From the NCBI GenBank assembly GCA_030324005.1, contig JARDVH010000137.1, positions 37,396,341 to 37,460,340 of the forward strand: DNA of 64,000 nucleotides. The letters run 5' to 3'. This document shows positions 37,602-49,379 of the stretch, in pieces (within the stretch, counting starts at the first letter, position 1; each line of letters opens with the position of its first letter). The notes under the pieces are model-generated. The model worked only from the letters and a program-made list of their open reading frames with translations. It ran no database searches and was not told the origin of the DNA. Made by a program: the position numbers and the translations under genes. This DNA is from Negaprion brevirostris. Taxonomy: Eukaryota.

Positions 37602-39631
37602 GTAAGCCCTGCTGTTTTGCATCTGAGTGATAATTATGTAAATTCTAACAGAGGTCCACAAAACACTTGTGGTGTTAGTATCTTCATTGCACAGTAATTA
37701 CTATGTGATTTCTAGTTATTCATTCACTAAAAACTTTGGCAGAATCAAAACTCCTCGCTCTGGGAGGAGAAAGGAAGCAAAATAAAGTCCTGTTCCTATG
37801 TTTAAAAACTGGCCTGGGATTTCGAATACAAATTTTGCCAATTGCTAGAATGTGACGCCTAATTGGAGATTGCAGAAGCAGATTTAAACTGATGGGCTCA
37901 ATATTGTTCAAGGAATAAATACCCTTTTTTTTTCTTTTAATCTGCCTGTTATAATTTCAACATCTATCATCAAAGTAAGCAGCTTCATAACTACCCCACT
38001 TGTTCCATGACACAGTCTGTGTTTACAATTCCCAATTCGTAGCAGGACTAAACTTTTTCTTTCTTGAGTCTCAGCCTTTGCAGTGGGATAGCTATTGGGA
38101 ATTAGGCATGAGGCGCCAGAGTGTGGCAACTAGGGGATTTTCACAGTAACTTCATTGCAGTGTTAATGTAAGCCTACTTATGACACTAAAACTTAAGCAA
38201 ACTTATCAATAAAGTCAAGTTGATGTATTTTTTAAATTCACCTAGCCAGTTTTTATAAAACCTTTTTATTCAGATGTACAGAATCTTCATTTTTAGCATA
38301 AAGAATTACTGTTGAATGAGCAAATAGGTAATCAACACAGTTAGACTCTTCAGGAAAACTTGTGGTATCTCGAATCAAATCTCCCAACTTAATCCCCTGG
38401 TTTGAGAAGCTAATTTGCAAAGACGTTTTTCTTGTGATTCTTTCTCGTTTTCTTTAAGTTTGAATTTCTGAAATTGCAGCCATATTAATCAAAAGCGATT
38501 ATATAACTTTGTACAATATATCCCCTTTGTTCTTGCTATATTGTTAGGTATTAGCTGTCGAATCATGTCCCAGCAATGCAATTTTCCCTTGAATGTTATA
38601 ACGTTATTCTTAAATTATTTCTTAAACAACTCTTTGCAAGATAGTAATTTTTTTCTAGATAGTCATTTGTCAGTACAGAACTTGAGTATTGCTGGAAAAA
38701 AAAGACATGTTGAAGCTTCTCATTTTGAACTCATCAGGACACTTTAAGAATACCAATGAGGAAAACCATTTATACTGCATGAGAAGAGAATGCCAAGTGA
38801 TTGGCAAGTGGACTCTTAATAATAGTGGTGTTGCCATGGGGAATGCATTAATTGGTGGTGACTGATAGATAACTGCCAAGAATTGTTTGATATTTAAACC
38901 AGGCAACTTGACCCTGATTGGTTTGAGTATGAGCTGGTTGGGTTACCTTGTCCATTGCAAACAGTAGCTGAGACATGCTGATACTGAGTGCCAGTTTTTG
39001 GGACATTAGCTGAGCAGCACATTGGCAGTGTCCAACATTGGATGTGATTCCACAATTGGGCAACGTTTGTTAAATAATCCTCAGTGTGCTAAGAATTATA
39101 CTGACAGCCATTTTAAGATTTTGATTTGATTTTATTATTTTCATTGTATTAGTATACAGTGAAAAGTACTGTTTCTTGTGTACTATACAGACAAAACATA
39201 CCGTTCATAGAGAAGGAAAGGAGAGAGTGGAGAATGTACTGTTAGTCGTTAAGAGATTGAATTAAGCATTGTTAGAGTTAGAATGAAGTTTTAAAAACAT
39301 AAAGCGAAAATAAAAGGATTAGTGGGTGTGTTGGGCACAGCTTGCAAGAAGTCGTCATGCTCAGGTACCATCTTGGATCATTTGGGCTTGTGGTGTGGTG
39401 CATTTACGTGTACTGGAAGCTGTAAAATATATATATATAACAAAATACACAAGATTCTGTTTGTTTTTTTTTTGCAGACAAAATAAGCAGACAGCCATTT
39501 GCTGGTTCATCCCCAGGACAATGCCTTGAACAATCAGGGTCAAGCTGTTTGGTTTAAATAGCAAACCATGCTTGGCAGGTATCGGTCAGTCACCAACAGC
39601 TGGTGTATTCTTCATGGCAATGCCTCTATCA

Positions 39632-39840
39632 TGATGTGATGCTGTTGGACTGGGGTAAACACAGCAGTAAGAAGTCTCTCAACGCCAGGTTAAAGTCCAA
39701 CAGACTTATTTGGTAGCAAAAGCCACTANNNNNNNNNNNNNNNNTCAGATTCACCTGACGAAGGATCAGCGCTCTGAAAGCTAGTGACGTTTGCTACCAA
39801 ATAAACCTGTTGGACTTTAACTTGGTGTTGAGGCATCTTA
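39632..39840. mobile_element. Palindromic Penelope-type insert carrying a hammerhead motif, with 14-bp TSD
   Basis: 39668-39728 is a reverse complement of 39782-39840; flanks caatgcctctatca (39618-39631) and caatgcttctatca (39841-39854). Confidence 0.8.
39752..39786 (+). ncRNA. Minimal type I hammerhead ribozyme motif (stem II decayed)
   Basis: CAC-CUGACGA-A-GGAUC-AGC-GCUCU-GAAA-G-CUA-GUG: conserved cores, 3-bp stem I, palindromic AGCU at stem III, NUH = CUA. Confidence 0.65.
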
Positions 39841-39919
39841 CAATGCTTCTATCAATCAGGGTCCACTTGTCTTTTCATAGTGTATAAATTGGTGTTTGCC
39901 CCTTGTACTGTCTGTTCAG

Positions 39920-40150
39920 GGATGTGGGCTGGTACCCATTTGATACCCATCCCTAATTGCCCTTCAGCTGAGGGCATTTGAGAATCAACCACATTGTGTC
40001 TGGAGTCGCACGTACACCAGACCAGATAAGAGAAGCAGACTTCCTTCCATAAAGGACATTATTGAACCAGGTGGGTTGTTACGACGATTGACAATGGCTC
40101 CATGGTCAAGATTAAAGTTAATTCCAGATTTTTAATTAATTCAAATTTTG
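39920..40150 (-). mobile_element. Short non-autonomous relative of the tRNA-headed LINE (leader joined to tail)
   Basis: Shares ttccttcc..aaaggacattattgaaccag leader with 520-600 and 8020-8090; ends in a gggatggg...aaatg tail. Confidence 0.55.
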
Positions 40151-41349
40151 TATCAAACAGCATGCAAAGTGTCCTGTTGACTATAAATGAAAACCTTCAA
40201 TGTGTTTTTTTTCAAATAATATTCTTTCACCAACGAGTTTAACAGAATTAAAACAATCAGACATATGAAGCAGGCAGAATGTGCTTCCCCACTGTGTTAA
40301 CTCAACATTGTTACAATTATGTAGCTCTTGTGGTTTCTCCCGATCTGGTTAATGCTCTACGTGTACAAAGCTGACTGGAAAAATCTGAGTTTCTATTTGA
40401 CTAGGAAGGCTTCAGGTCAAATCCACATCCAACAACCTGCTTTGAAAACCATGCTCACGTTTTAACAACTGACAATTCCACACTGGTTGAGGCAACCACA
40501 GTGTAAAAACAAAATGTCATTCTCCCATCTCCCAGTGATATCTGAATCTTCTTTGAAAAACACTAGGACCAAGAGCTGTATCACTGCCAACATCTCTAAC
40601 TTGGACCAAACCCTATTGGCTTCATTGAAATCATCCATTAACTTTTTTGAGCTGTATTGTTGACAGCGTAATTGACAAAAACATTACCTTTGCCCAACTT
40701 TGGTAGCAAAGGTTTCAAAAACAAAGGAAAATCATCCTTCAGTCTGAATTGCAATCATTTACCACACTTGCTTTCAGTCCTGAAGCCACTTTTTAAAAAA
40801 AAATGTTAAGCTTATGCTGATCCTCCAACTGCAGGCCTCAGTTCTGTTAACCAGCCTTTCATGTGATTGAAAATCTATGAACCTTGCTCTGTGGGACTAC
40901 TTTGTTTGATGAGAATGTTGACCCAGTGACTTTTTTTCAGTGCTGGGCTAACAGTTGGCTGAATGGATGATAAAACGTTTCATTGCAATATCAAGATACC
41001 ATTTGTACTGAGTGAACGATGTTTGCCTGGCATTGCTCACTAAACAAACTCATTGACTGACATACTACTTAAACTGACCGATTGAGACAGTCTGGACAGA
41101 TTGAAAACTGTTAAGAGATTGAAATATGTATGCATGTGGATAATATGCACTTTGTTACAATTCCTGTGTCTTGCTCTGCCTCATGCTTCCTATTACTTCA
41201 AAAACATAGGAATTCAACTAAGAAATTACACTTAATCAAGAAACTGAATCAAATCNNNNNNNNNNAATCACTCTGCTTCAATCCAAATCTCTTGGCTGTC
41301 ATTTTATTGCAGTAACTGAATTTTTTAAAATTGAAAACGGTAGCATTGT

Positions 41350-41600
41350 TTTCAAGTGGTTAGCACCAGGGAGCCAGGTTCAATTCCAGCCTCTGATCAC
41401 TGTGTGTGGAGTTTGCTCATTCTCCCTGTGTTTGCAGGAGTTTCTCCTGGTGCTCCGATTTGCTCCCACAGCCCAAAGATGTGCAGGTTAGGTGGATTAG
41501 CAGGGTAGATATGTGGGGTTATGGGAATAAGGCCTGGGTGGGATTGTGGTCAGTGCAGAATTGATGGGCCAAATGGCCTGCAGTGTAGGAATTCAATGAT
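41350..41600 (+). mobile_element. HE1-like V-SINE
   Basis: B-box ggttcaattcc, V-domain, CR1-type tail. Confidence 0.8.
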
Positions 41601-41834
41601 TTTTGGAATCTATTTCAATGAATGTTCACGATTTTCAATAGTTTTAAAAAAAACTGCTTGAGGAAAACAGATGAATGGATTACAGCATCTCTGTTTTAGT
41701 TGTTTATGCTGAAGACCAGTTTGCCTAGAGGTGTTTTCTAAGCCTGAAGCACGTGTTCCCTTGTGCTGCAATATTGGAATTTTTGTGATTTGTTTTTAAC
41801 CAGTTAGTGAATGTATTTTAGTATTTGTCTTTTT

Positions 41835-42400
41835 AGAACAAGAGACCTATATTGATATAGCATTTCTCCCAACCAGCTCAAAGCACTTTACAGTCAATGA
41901 AATACATTTTTGTAGTGTAGACAACATAGCAGACAACTTTTTTGCACATCAGTCTCCCACAAATCAGTAATGTGTTAATGAAATATTGAAGAATAAATAC
42001 AATGCCCCTGTCTCACTGTGTGTGCCTCTATATGCCCTTCTCCGATCAGAACCTTCCACACACCTGACGAAGGAACAGTGTTTCTGAAAGCTTGTGGGTT
42101 CACTAACCAATAAACTGGTTGGACTTTAACCTGGTGTTGTGAGGTTTTTTACTATGTTTACCTCCGTCTAACGCCAGCATCTCCACATCACTGAAATAGT
42201 GCCACGATACGGTCACCTTAATAGACCGATGGGGCTTCAATTTATATGTCGTGCGAGAGACAGCATCTCCAACAGTGCAGCACTATCATAGTACTGCACT
42301 GGAGTGCAACTTGGATTTTTTGTGCTCATGTCCTGGCATGGTACTTGAATCCACAAAATTTTGAACCAGACACATTTTCTACCATCTGAGTCATGGTTGC
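41835..42400 (-). mobile_element. Ancient Deu-domain (SacSINE1/AmnSINE-like) tRNA SINE interrupted by a Penelope-type arm at about 42010-42190
   Basis: Deu-like hairpin cagtgcagcactatcatagtactgcactg; gaaatagtgcca; B-box-like ggattcaagtacc on minus; tail caaagcactttacagtcaatgaa. Confidence 0.65.
42061..42096 (+). ncRNA. Minimal type I hammerhead ribozyme motif
   Basis: CAC-CUGACGA-AGGAAC-AGU-GUUUCU-GAAA-G-CUU-GUG: stem II can form 6 bp (one G-U), palindromic AGCU, NUH = CUU. Followed by the same arm sequence as 39790-39840. Confidence 0.7.
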
Positions 42401-42847
42401 CGCTGTTAAGGTAGTTTCACATTTTAAACATTATCAAGCAATACATGTTCTACAATAAGTGCATGGGAAACACTTAATTTATTATTATATTCATATCTAC
42501 ACATTGTTTCTATCCTGTGTCTATCATGATTTTTCTTTTGAAGTTTGAAGCTTATTGCTTTTAACACTCGGAAAATTTGTTGTGTTGATCACGATGAGGC
42601 ACTTCAATGCAAAGTTTGCTTACTCAAAGTTACAATTCCACATGAGAAGTGTCTATGAAAGTCATGCATGTGTTGTATAATTCTAATTAAACATATAGCA
42701 GTATTAACCAACCAAATGATTTCCTATTTTGTTTTTGTTCTTTTGAGATTATTTTAACCTTATTTAACAGTTTTGTGATATGAAATTTAAATAAACTAAT
42801 TTTCTTTAGGAATAACATTCACAGTAATCTGGTCTGATTTGTTGCAG

Positions 42848-42954
42848 CGATTTGTGCAGATGGCAGCTACTACAAATTTTTGTTCAACACCAAAGGTGAA
42901 TGCACCCGGGATGTCTATGCCCAGTTCCTGGAAATGACAGATGATAAGATATGA
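42848..42954 (+). CDS. WDR45B: WDR45B last coding exon 10 (107 bp CDS): (A)[34 protein letters not shown]
   Basis: ttgcag acceptor at 42846-42847; TGA at 42952-42954. Confidence 0.97.
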
Positions 42955-45180
42955 CTGTAAAGGATATGAATGCAAATAATTACTTTTCAAACAGATCTGC
43001 CTATTGCTGGGGTTTAGCCTGCCAGCCTAAAAAGAGGAAAAAGTGTTACGTGACTAAACAGTGATAAAACGAGGNNNNNNNNNNCATGATGGACCATTGG
43101 ATGGACGACATACAGATGTCTCTGTTTATTATTTTTGCCATTTTCCGATTCTGTTGTGGAATGTTTTTTGGGTTTGGGGAAGAATCTATTTTTTATTAAA
43201 ATGAATTGCAACATTTAACCTTTGTGACCACAAGGAAGTAACCAATCCTTCAAACTGCTCCTCTTTTGTAAAAGAACTCTTGAACTAACTGTGCCTGTTG
43301 AAACTAGTTTCTTTGTGACTGGATGTTTACAGTTGACACTTTGAAGCAGCAGGTTTTTTCCTTAATGTTTGGTTTGCTTGCTGGCAAAATGAATTATCAT
43401 TGCCTAATGTGAGCAATTACTTGTTAAACACACAAGCCCAAATCTATGTTTCATTGTAACTATATATTGTGGCCTGTGAATGTGAAAAGCTTAAATAGAC
43501 ATCAGATTGCACAAGGCTGTTAACGGCCAAGCTGTTAACTTCAGGTCAGCTCATGGAGTTAAGTGCACAGTAAATTCTTTTTCCACTTTGGGATTCACAA
43601 TTACAGAAAGTTACAAACTGGTGTTTGCTTAAAACAAGATGCCCAATTGGTTAGCATAGGTTTTGTGCTAAATGTATGTACAGTACAAAACTCATTTCTA
43701 GTTACAAAATACTGTTTTTAATGTACTCTGCACATTAAGTCTAACTTGTATATTGGTGATTTTTCTTTGAAAGAAGGCCTGCTACTTTTCGAAAGGAAAA
43801 GTGAGATTTTGACATTTGTACTTTTTCCGTATCTGGTGTGCATAAGTGAATAAATTAGCATCCAGGTTGAAAACATTGCATAAATTAAGTTAAGAAAAAC
43901 TGCAAAAGGAACAAACCATTATTTTTGCAGAAGAAACTAACTACGACCTCTGCATAAAATCCAATGGCTTAAAAGCAAGTTTTATTGGTTGTATTTAATC
44001 TCCACTTTCAAAGGACAAGCAATCTTAATTTATTTGTTCCCTTAATTTTGATAAATTGGACAACTTCTGGTTTAAAAAATTAAACTTGTGTAACATCTTC
44101 ACACTAGAAGTGCAAACTCTTGTTTTTAAAAAAAAAAACCCCCAGTGACCTGGTTTAACATCAAGTTTGGGTTTTGATTAAAGTCTAGCCAAAAAGCCAA
44201 AACTTCCTCTGCAAATATTTTCTTAAGCAGAGCGAGTGTCTAACTAGAAACTAGCTCATTAAATGCATACCATTTGAGTAAGTACTTCTGGCCTTTTGTT
44301 CATTAATGGTATCTCGTAGGAATGGATCACTTCAGGTGGTTACTACCCTACAGGGCTTGCCCTGGAGATTGTCAGAGCAGACTTAGTTAAATGAAAACTG
44401 TTTTTCTTTCAAGTGTTAATAATACTCTATTTATTTATCCAAACTAATGTAGATTTATTAAGAATTTTCTGTTGGCATGTACAGAGATGCAGTTTATGTG
44501 GGAGTGGTCCAATAATGTGCTATATTTTTTTGGACAAAAAGCACACAAATGTAACTGACATTAATCAGCAAAGTTACACTATCTTCTTTCCTGCTTTTAT
44601 TGGAATCTAAAATATGTGCAGCTCTGTACCTCAAAGGTAATAGCTTGAAATTGTAATTAATAGGACAACTGCATGCAGGCACATTGAAAAACTCAGCTTG
44701 AAGTTTCCACAGGAAAACTTCCAATAAAAAACTTCCAATAATCTTCAGGAAATTTACAGTTGCAACAGCATTGGGTTAAGCTGTCACAGTTAAGTTTTAC
44801 ACTGTAGCTTTTATTATAGATACGTTATGTTAAACAGGACACTTCTCAGCTCCTGTAATTGTACAGTTATTGAACTGAAACTAATATGAGTTCTTAAGAT
44901 AAGATAACTTTCATAATGTACCTTTACTAATATTAACCAGAGGTTGGAGCACCCAACGTTCAGTCACTTCTGGGTGCAGTGTAAATTAAAATCAAGTGAA
45001 AATAAGTGGTGTACATACATGTGTGCCTGTGTAAATTGTTAATTAGAAAAACTGTCCACTTTTTACTAAAAAGGTTTAATTGTATTAAATTTTTTCACTA
45101 ACTTGTTTGACCATGTCATTCATTTTTTTTGTATTTTATGTTTCCCTGCACTAATAAAAAAGTCATTAACTTTTCAAAAG
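42955..45180 (+). other. WDR45B: WDR45B 3'UTR (approximate end)
   Basis: Repeat-free AU-rich stretch after the stop; AATAAA at 43849, 44723 and 45153. Confidence 0.65.
45153..45158 (+). promoter_or_regulatory. Likely distal polyadenylation signal of WDR45B
   Basis: AATAAA preceded by U-rich/UGUA sequence and followed by GU/U-rich sequence (ttgttaatttgtactt). Confidence 0.55.
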
Positions 45181-46544
45181 TTGTTAATTTGTACTTGGGG
45201 GAAAATGCAACATTTAATTCTAAAANNNNNNNNNNNNNNNNNNNNNNNNNNNNNNNNNNNNNNNNNNNNNNNNNNNNNNNNNNNNNNNNNNNNNNNNNNN
45301 NNNNNNNNNNNNNNNNNNNNNNNNNNNNNNNNNNNNNNNNNNNNNNNNNNNNNNNNNNNNNNNNNNNNNNNNNNNNNNNNNNNNNNNNNNNNNNNNNNNN
45401 NNNNNNNNNNTCATACTAACTATGGCTTTATTCTGCAAGTTCGTAACTGGAATTTCCCATTCCATCTTCCTGTAAACTAAGAATTACTGATCTGTACAGA
45501 GATTCTAACAATGGTGAATCTATCTTTTGGTCAATCGATCCTGAGGTGTGGTGTCCATGCCTGACTAACTTCAGATTGGTGCACCTGGAAGGTGTAGCCA
45601 AAAGATTGTTCGTGGGCTATCCATCTTCACACTACTGCTGCTGGCCATTTTGATAAATGAGTGCTAAGTTTGTCTTGCAAAGACACCTCATTTTTGGAGA
45701 GTATAAAATGTGAACTGCTGGTGATGAAAGGTGACAAAAACAAACAAACATCGCCAATAATTCTAATTAAATCAATGGACATTTTATTGAATGAATCACT
45801 TCTACAAGTATACAGTACCTTTAAAACAATGTTCTAGAATCGTCAAATTCTTTGTCTTCAAGTTCCAATGTAAAGAGTTCATGTTTGTTCTCATTCACTT
45901 TGGCTGTTGGCAACACTGTGGATATGATCCTGTTCCAGACAAGGATTAATAACTTCCTGTTTCAAGATGAAGTTTGAGATTCAAGGCACTTGTGAAGAGA
46001 AACTCAAAAATAAACTACAAGATGAGAAATGTAAAACAATTTCCAAATCTATTTTATGTTTCAACATTCAGGAATAAAATGGGATTACATGTGAATTAAC
46101 AGGCAAACCCTCAAAGACACTGCATGTTGTACACTAAATGGTACATGTAACTAACAGATTCCCTTGTGGAGTTATCTACTGTGATGGTTGTACTGCTGAG
46201 TCAACCAATCTTGTTGGAACTGTTTCCCTCACGAGGAATTCCAATCTTCACTTAAGATCTCATCTGGAATTCTCAGTCGATGCCACTCTCCATGTTTCAA
46301 TCTCATTTCCCAACACCTTGTTCTCAAGTCTGCAGTCCAGTACTAACGCAAGTGCAACTTAAGCTCTTCAGCTGCACTGACCAGAATACTTCTGTTCCAG
46401 AAAAGGTGCCTTTGCCCCTACAGTGTGCAGCATGAAGTCACCAATGTTCTGCTGCCTTCCTGGATTTTCAGGGTTCGCCAGTTACTTAAAGGATGCCAGT
46501 CACAGCTCTTTTCCTGCTTTTATCCTTTCTCTGCTCTTTCTTCT

Positions 46545-47691
46545 GGAGCAATTTATGTATAGAATTCCAACACACAATCCTCAGAAATGAAGATTGGAAA
46601 CTCTTAAGACAGAGAGATGGAGCTTCAGTGAGATTGGTTGACTTGAGCATTCCCAATGCCTGGTTGGTTTGTTCAGAAATCCATGGACTCTGCCTTGGTC
46701 ATTTCTGTTATTCGTGTAATGAGGTTTCTTCAACAATTGGCTTGTTAATTCACATACCTTATACTTTAACCTATGAGGTATGTTGGAACGTCAAATAGAT
46801 TTTGTAAACTATATTTCTCATTTTGTAGTTTATTTTTGAATTTCTCTTTTTAACTGCCTTGAATCTCAAACTTTGTCTTTAAACAGGAAGTTATTGGTCT
46901 CTGTTTACAACAGGATCATAACTACAATGATGCCAGGTACAATCTTGTTTTATTCTTCTGATCTTGCATAGTAAAGCTTATTTTTATTTGTTTGAAACCT
47001 ATGAAATCTTGTGCCTCCACCCTCTCTGGAACCTTTAACTGTGATGATTCGTTCCTTTGTTTTTCTTTTTATGCAGGATCACGGGGTCCATTCTCAGCCA
47101 AGAACTTCAAAATATCAGACTGCATATGTTCCATCCAGCTTCAATCTCCATTTTCTACAAGGAACGTCAAATCTCGTTGCAGCATACGGATCCAACTCTC
47201 AAACAGATTGATTTTTTTTCAGAATCATCGCTCCATTACATCCATACCATTGGGTATTTTATGATCCTTTGCCAGATCTTAAGTTTCTGGAAATCTTGCT
47301 GGGGACTAAATAAACTTTGTCGGTTTTAAACAAAACATTGAGAGACAAGATACTATGGTGAATAAAATCACAAGATTCCATGATTGTCAAACAAATAAAA
47401 GTAAGCTTTACTGTGCAAGAGCAGAAAGATAAAACAATTCACAATACCTACCTTATACTATAATCTTTCAGTTCAGTATGCAATGTATGCCAATAAGCCA
47501 ATTGTGGTTGAACACACTTCATTACACAAATAATAGATGTGATCAAGGCAGAGTCCATAGATTTCTGAACAAACCAACCAGGCATTGGTAACACTCAAGT
47601 GAACCAATTTCACTGAAGCTCCAGCTCAAGGGTTTCCAATTTTCATCCTCGAGGATCTTCTGTTGGAATTCTGTACAAAAAGGTTCCTCCA
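46545..47691. repeat. Large imperfect inverted repeat (arms about 46545-47013 and 47369-47691)
   Basis: 46555-46745 is a reverse complement of 47492-47678 (e.g. caaggcagagtccat.gatttctgaacaaaccaaccaggcattgg); 46941-47013 is a reverse complement of 47369-47440. Confidence 0.85.
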
Positions 47692-48319
47692 ACTGGGACG
47701 GTTTCAATGACAGCTTACCTTGCAGTATTTAAATCTCATCTCCAGGCTCTCTCTTCTCTTGGATTCCCAAGTATACATCCAAACCCCAACTTCAGACCAA
47801 TGTCTGCACCAAACAAATCCTGCAGCTCCAATTGGATGCATTTTCTCAACGGCAAGCGCCACTGATTCAACTTTCAGCTCTTTCTCTAATTGGAGCCTGT
47901 TTCTTGGCTTCCCCGCATCTTCACTGGACCTGTCCTTGTCTCTTACCTGGAATTTCCTTTTGGGACCCCTGTCTTAGGGGTTGCTTGAGATACTTGCCGG
48001 CTAAGGCATCCTGCTCCCACGCACCTGGGTTTTCATGCTGTTTTTAATCATCTGTTCAGCATAATGGACTAATTCTTGGCCTGTTCTCTACATCCCAGCT
48101 ATGACTGTAACGCTACATTCTGCACCCTCTCCTTTCCTTTATGTATGGTACGTTTTGTCTGTATAGCACGCAAGAAACAATAGTTCTCATTGTAAATCAA
48201 TGCATGTGACAATAAGTCAAATAAAACAGCTTACACTGCCAAACTGAGCATGGACAAAATGTCTGAGGTTTGTTGGAAGTTGAGGTTCCTGACCTTCCTG
48301 CTCAACAAGTATACCTTTC

Positions 48320-49370
48320 ATAACAATATTAATAGCATCTCAGATTTGATGACAAACTACACAAATCAAGTGGTGGAAGTGAACATATTTCCACAGTGGG
48401 AAGTTCTTTCTTCACCAACCATATACCTTTTGCACTTAGATGAATATGACCCTTGAATGGCTTCGTTCAAAAGGTTGAACTACAGACATTAAAACCTCCT
48501 GGTCCAACTGCAGTGTTTTTTTTAGTTCACAGGGATCTCTTGATTTCATTGGTTATATAGGATCTGAACGTGGCTCGCACTAATAATTGGCATTCATTAT
48601 GTAGGCCGCAAATTATCGATCTGTAACTTCACTCCATCCTCATCCACCCAACTGTTGCTATAAACAACATCTTCTGCAGGGAATTTTTTTTAAACGTACA
48701 TTTGACAAATGACCGAGACTTCATTTGATCCCGTTGTCTAAGCAAGTCAGTACCATCGTGAATCTTACCCTCCTGTCCTGTGGTTTTCACTAGAACGATG
48801 ATTGAACTTTTTTCCACTCGTTTGGTTGCTGGACACAAGCTGAATGGGTATATTATCCACACTGACCTGATGTAATAGGTACTTGTGTTTTTGCTGCTGT
48901 CCAATCCGCTAGAAACTGTAAATTTAGGCACCGAGGTCTTTTGGCTGTTGGAGCGATCTTGGTTTTCTGCCACACAACCAGATCTTTTTGTTCCACAAAA
49001 CAGCTACACCAATCAGCTGTTGCTCTGAAATCTTTGCTGGACTCGGGGGTTTCATTTGGCCCTATTATCTATCATCAGAAATGCAATGTAATCATTCTGA
49101 CAGTTGAGGACCCATTCTCATACATTTCTCAAGCTCGCACACCAGTTCCCATTTTGATGAGGTATTTGGTATTGGGCATCTTCGACGAGAGTTCCTTGAA
49201 ACCAAGTTTACATTTCATCCTTTTTGCTGGAAGATCCATTTATGTTCATTTGCCATGCGTGGTTTGCTGTGGCCATGACTTCAACTCCTACGGCATTTTC
49301 TTGGCAACACACCTCGATCCACTCTTAGTGTCGTTCCATAATTATTCCCTGTATCCTTGCGCATAACGTC
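48320..49370 (-). mobile_element. Fossil pogo-family (Tc1/mariner superfamily) DDE transposase
   Basis: Frameshifted minus-strand motifs in the correct order: MPNTK, FRATADWCSCFVEQKDLVVWQKTKIA (CENP-B-type HTH), VKTTGQE..FTMVLTCLDNG, W.DEDGVKL, FRSYITNEIK, AVGPGG..SVVQP, KPFKGHI. Confidence 0.85.
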
Positions 49371-49379
49371 TTCTCGACT

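Larger units (their letters stand above)
9010..45180 (+). other. WDR45B: WDR45B (WIPI3) gene span, exon 2 to 3'UTR; exon 1 upstream of window
   Basis: Nine spliced coding segments with AG/GT(GC) boundaries translate to a protein nearly identical to vertebrate WIPI3 ([25 protein letters not shown]...ELRRGSQAANIY...[11 protein letters not shown]). Phases are consistent across all ungapped junctions. Confidence 0.97.

Noticed and set aside
48941-49366. 141-aa plus-strand ORF
   Set aside because: Antisense shadow of the pogo transposase fossil.
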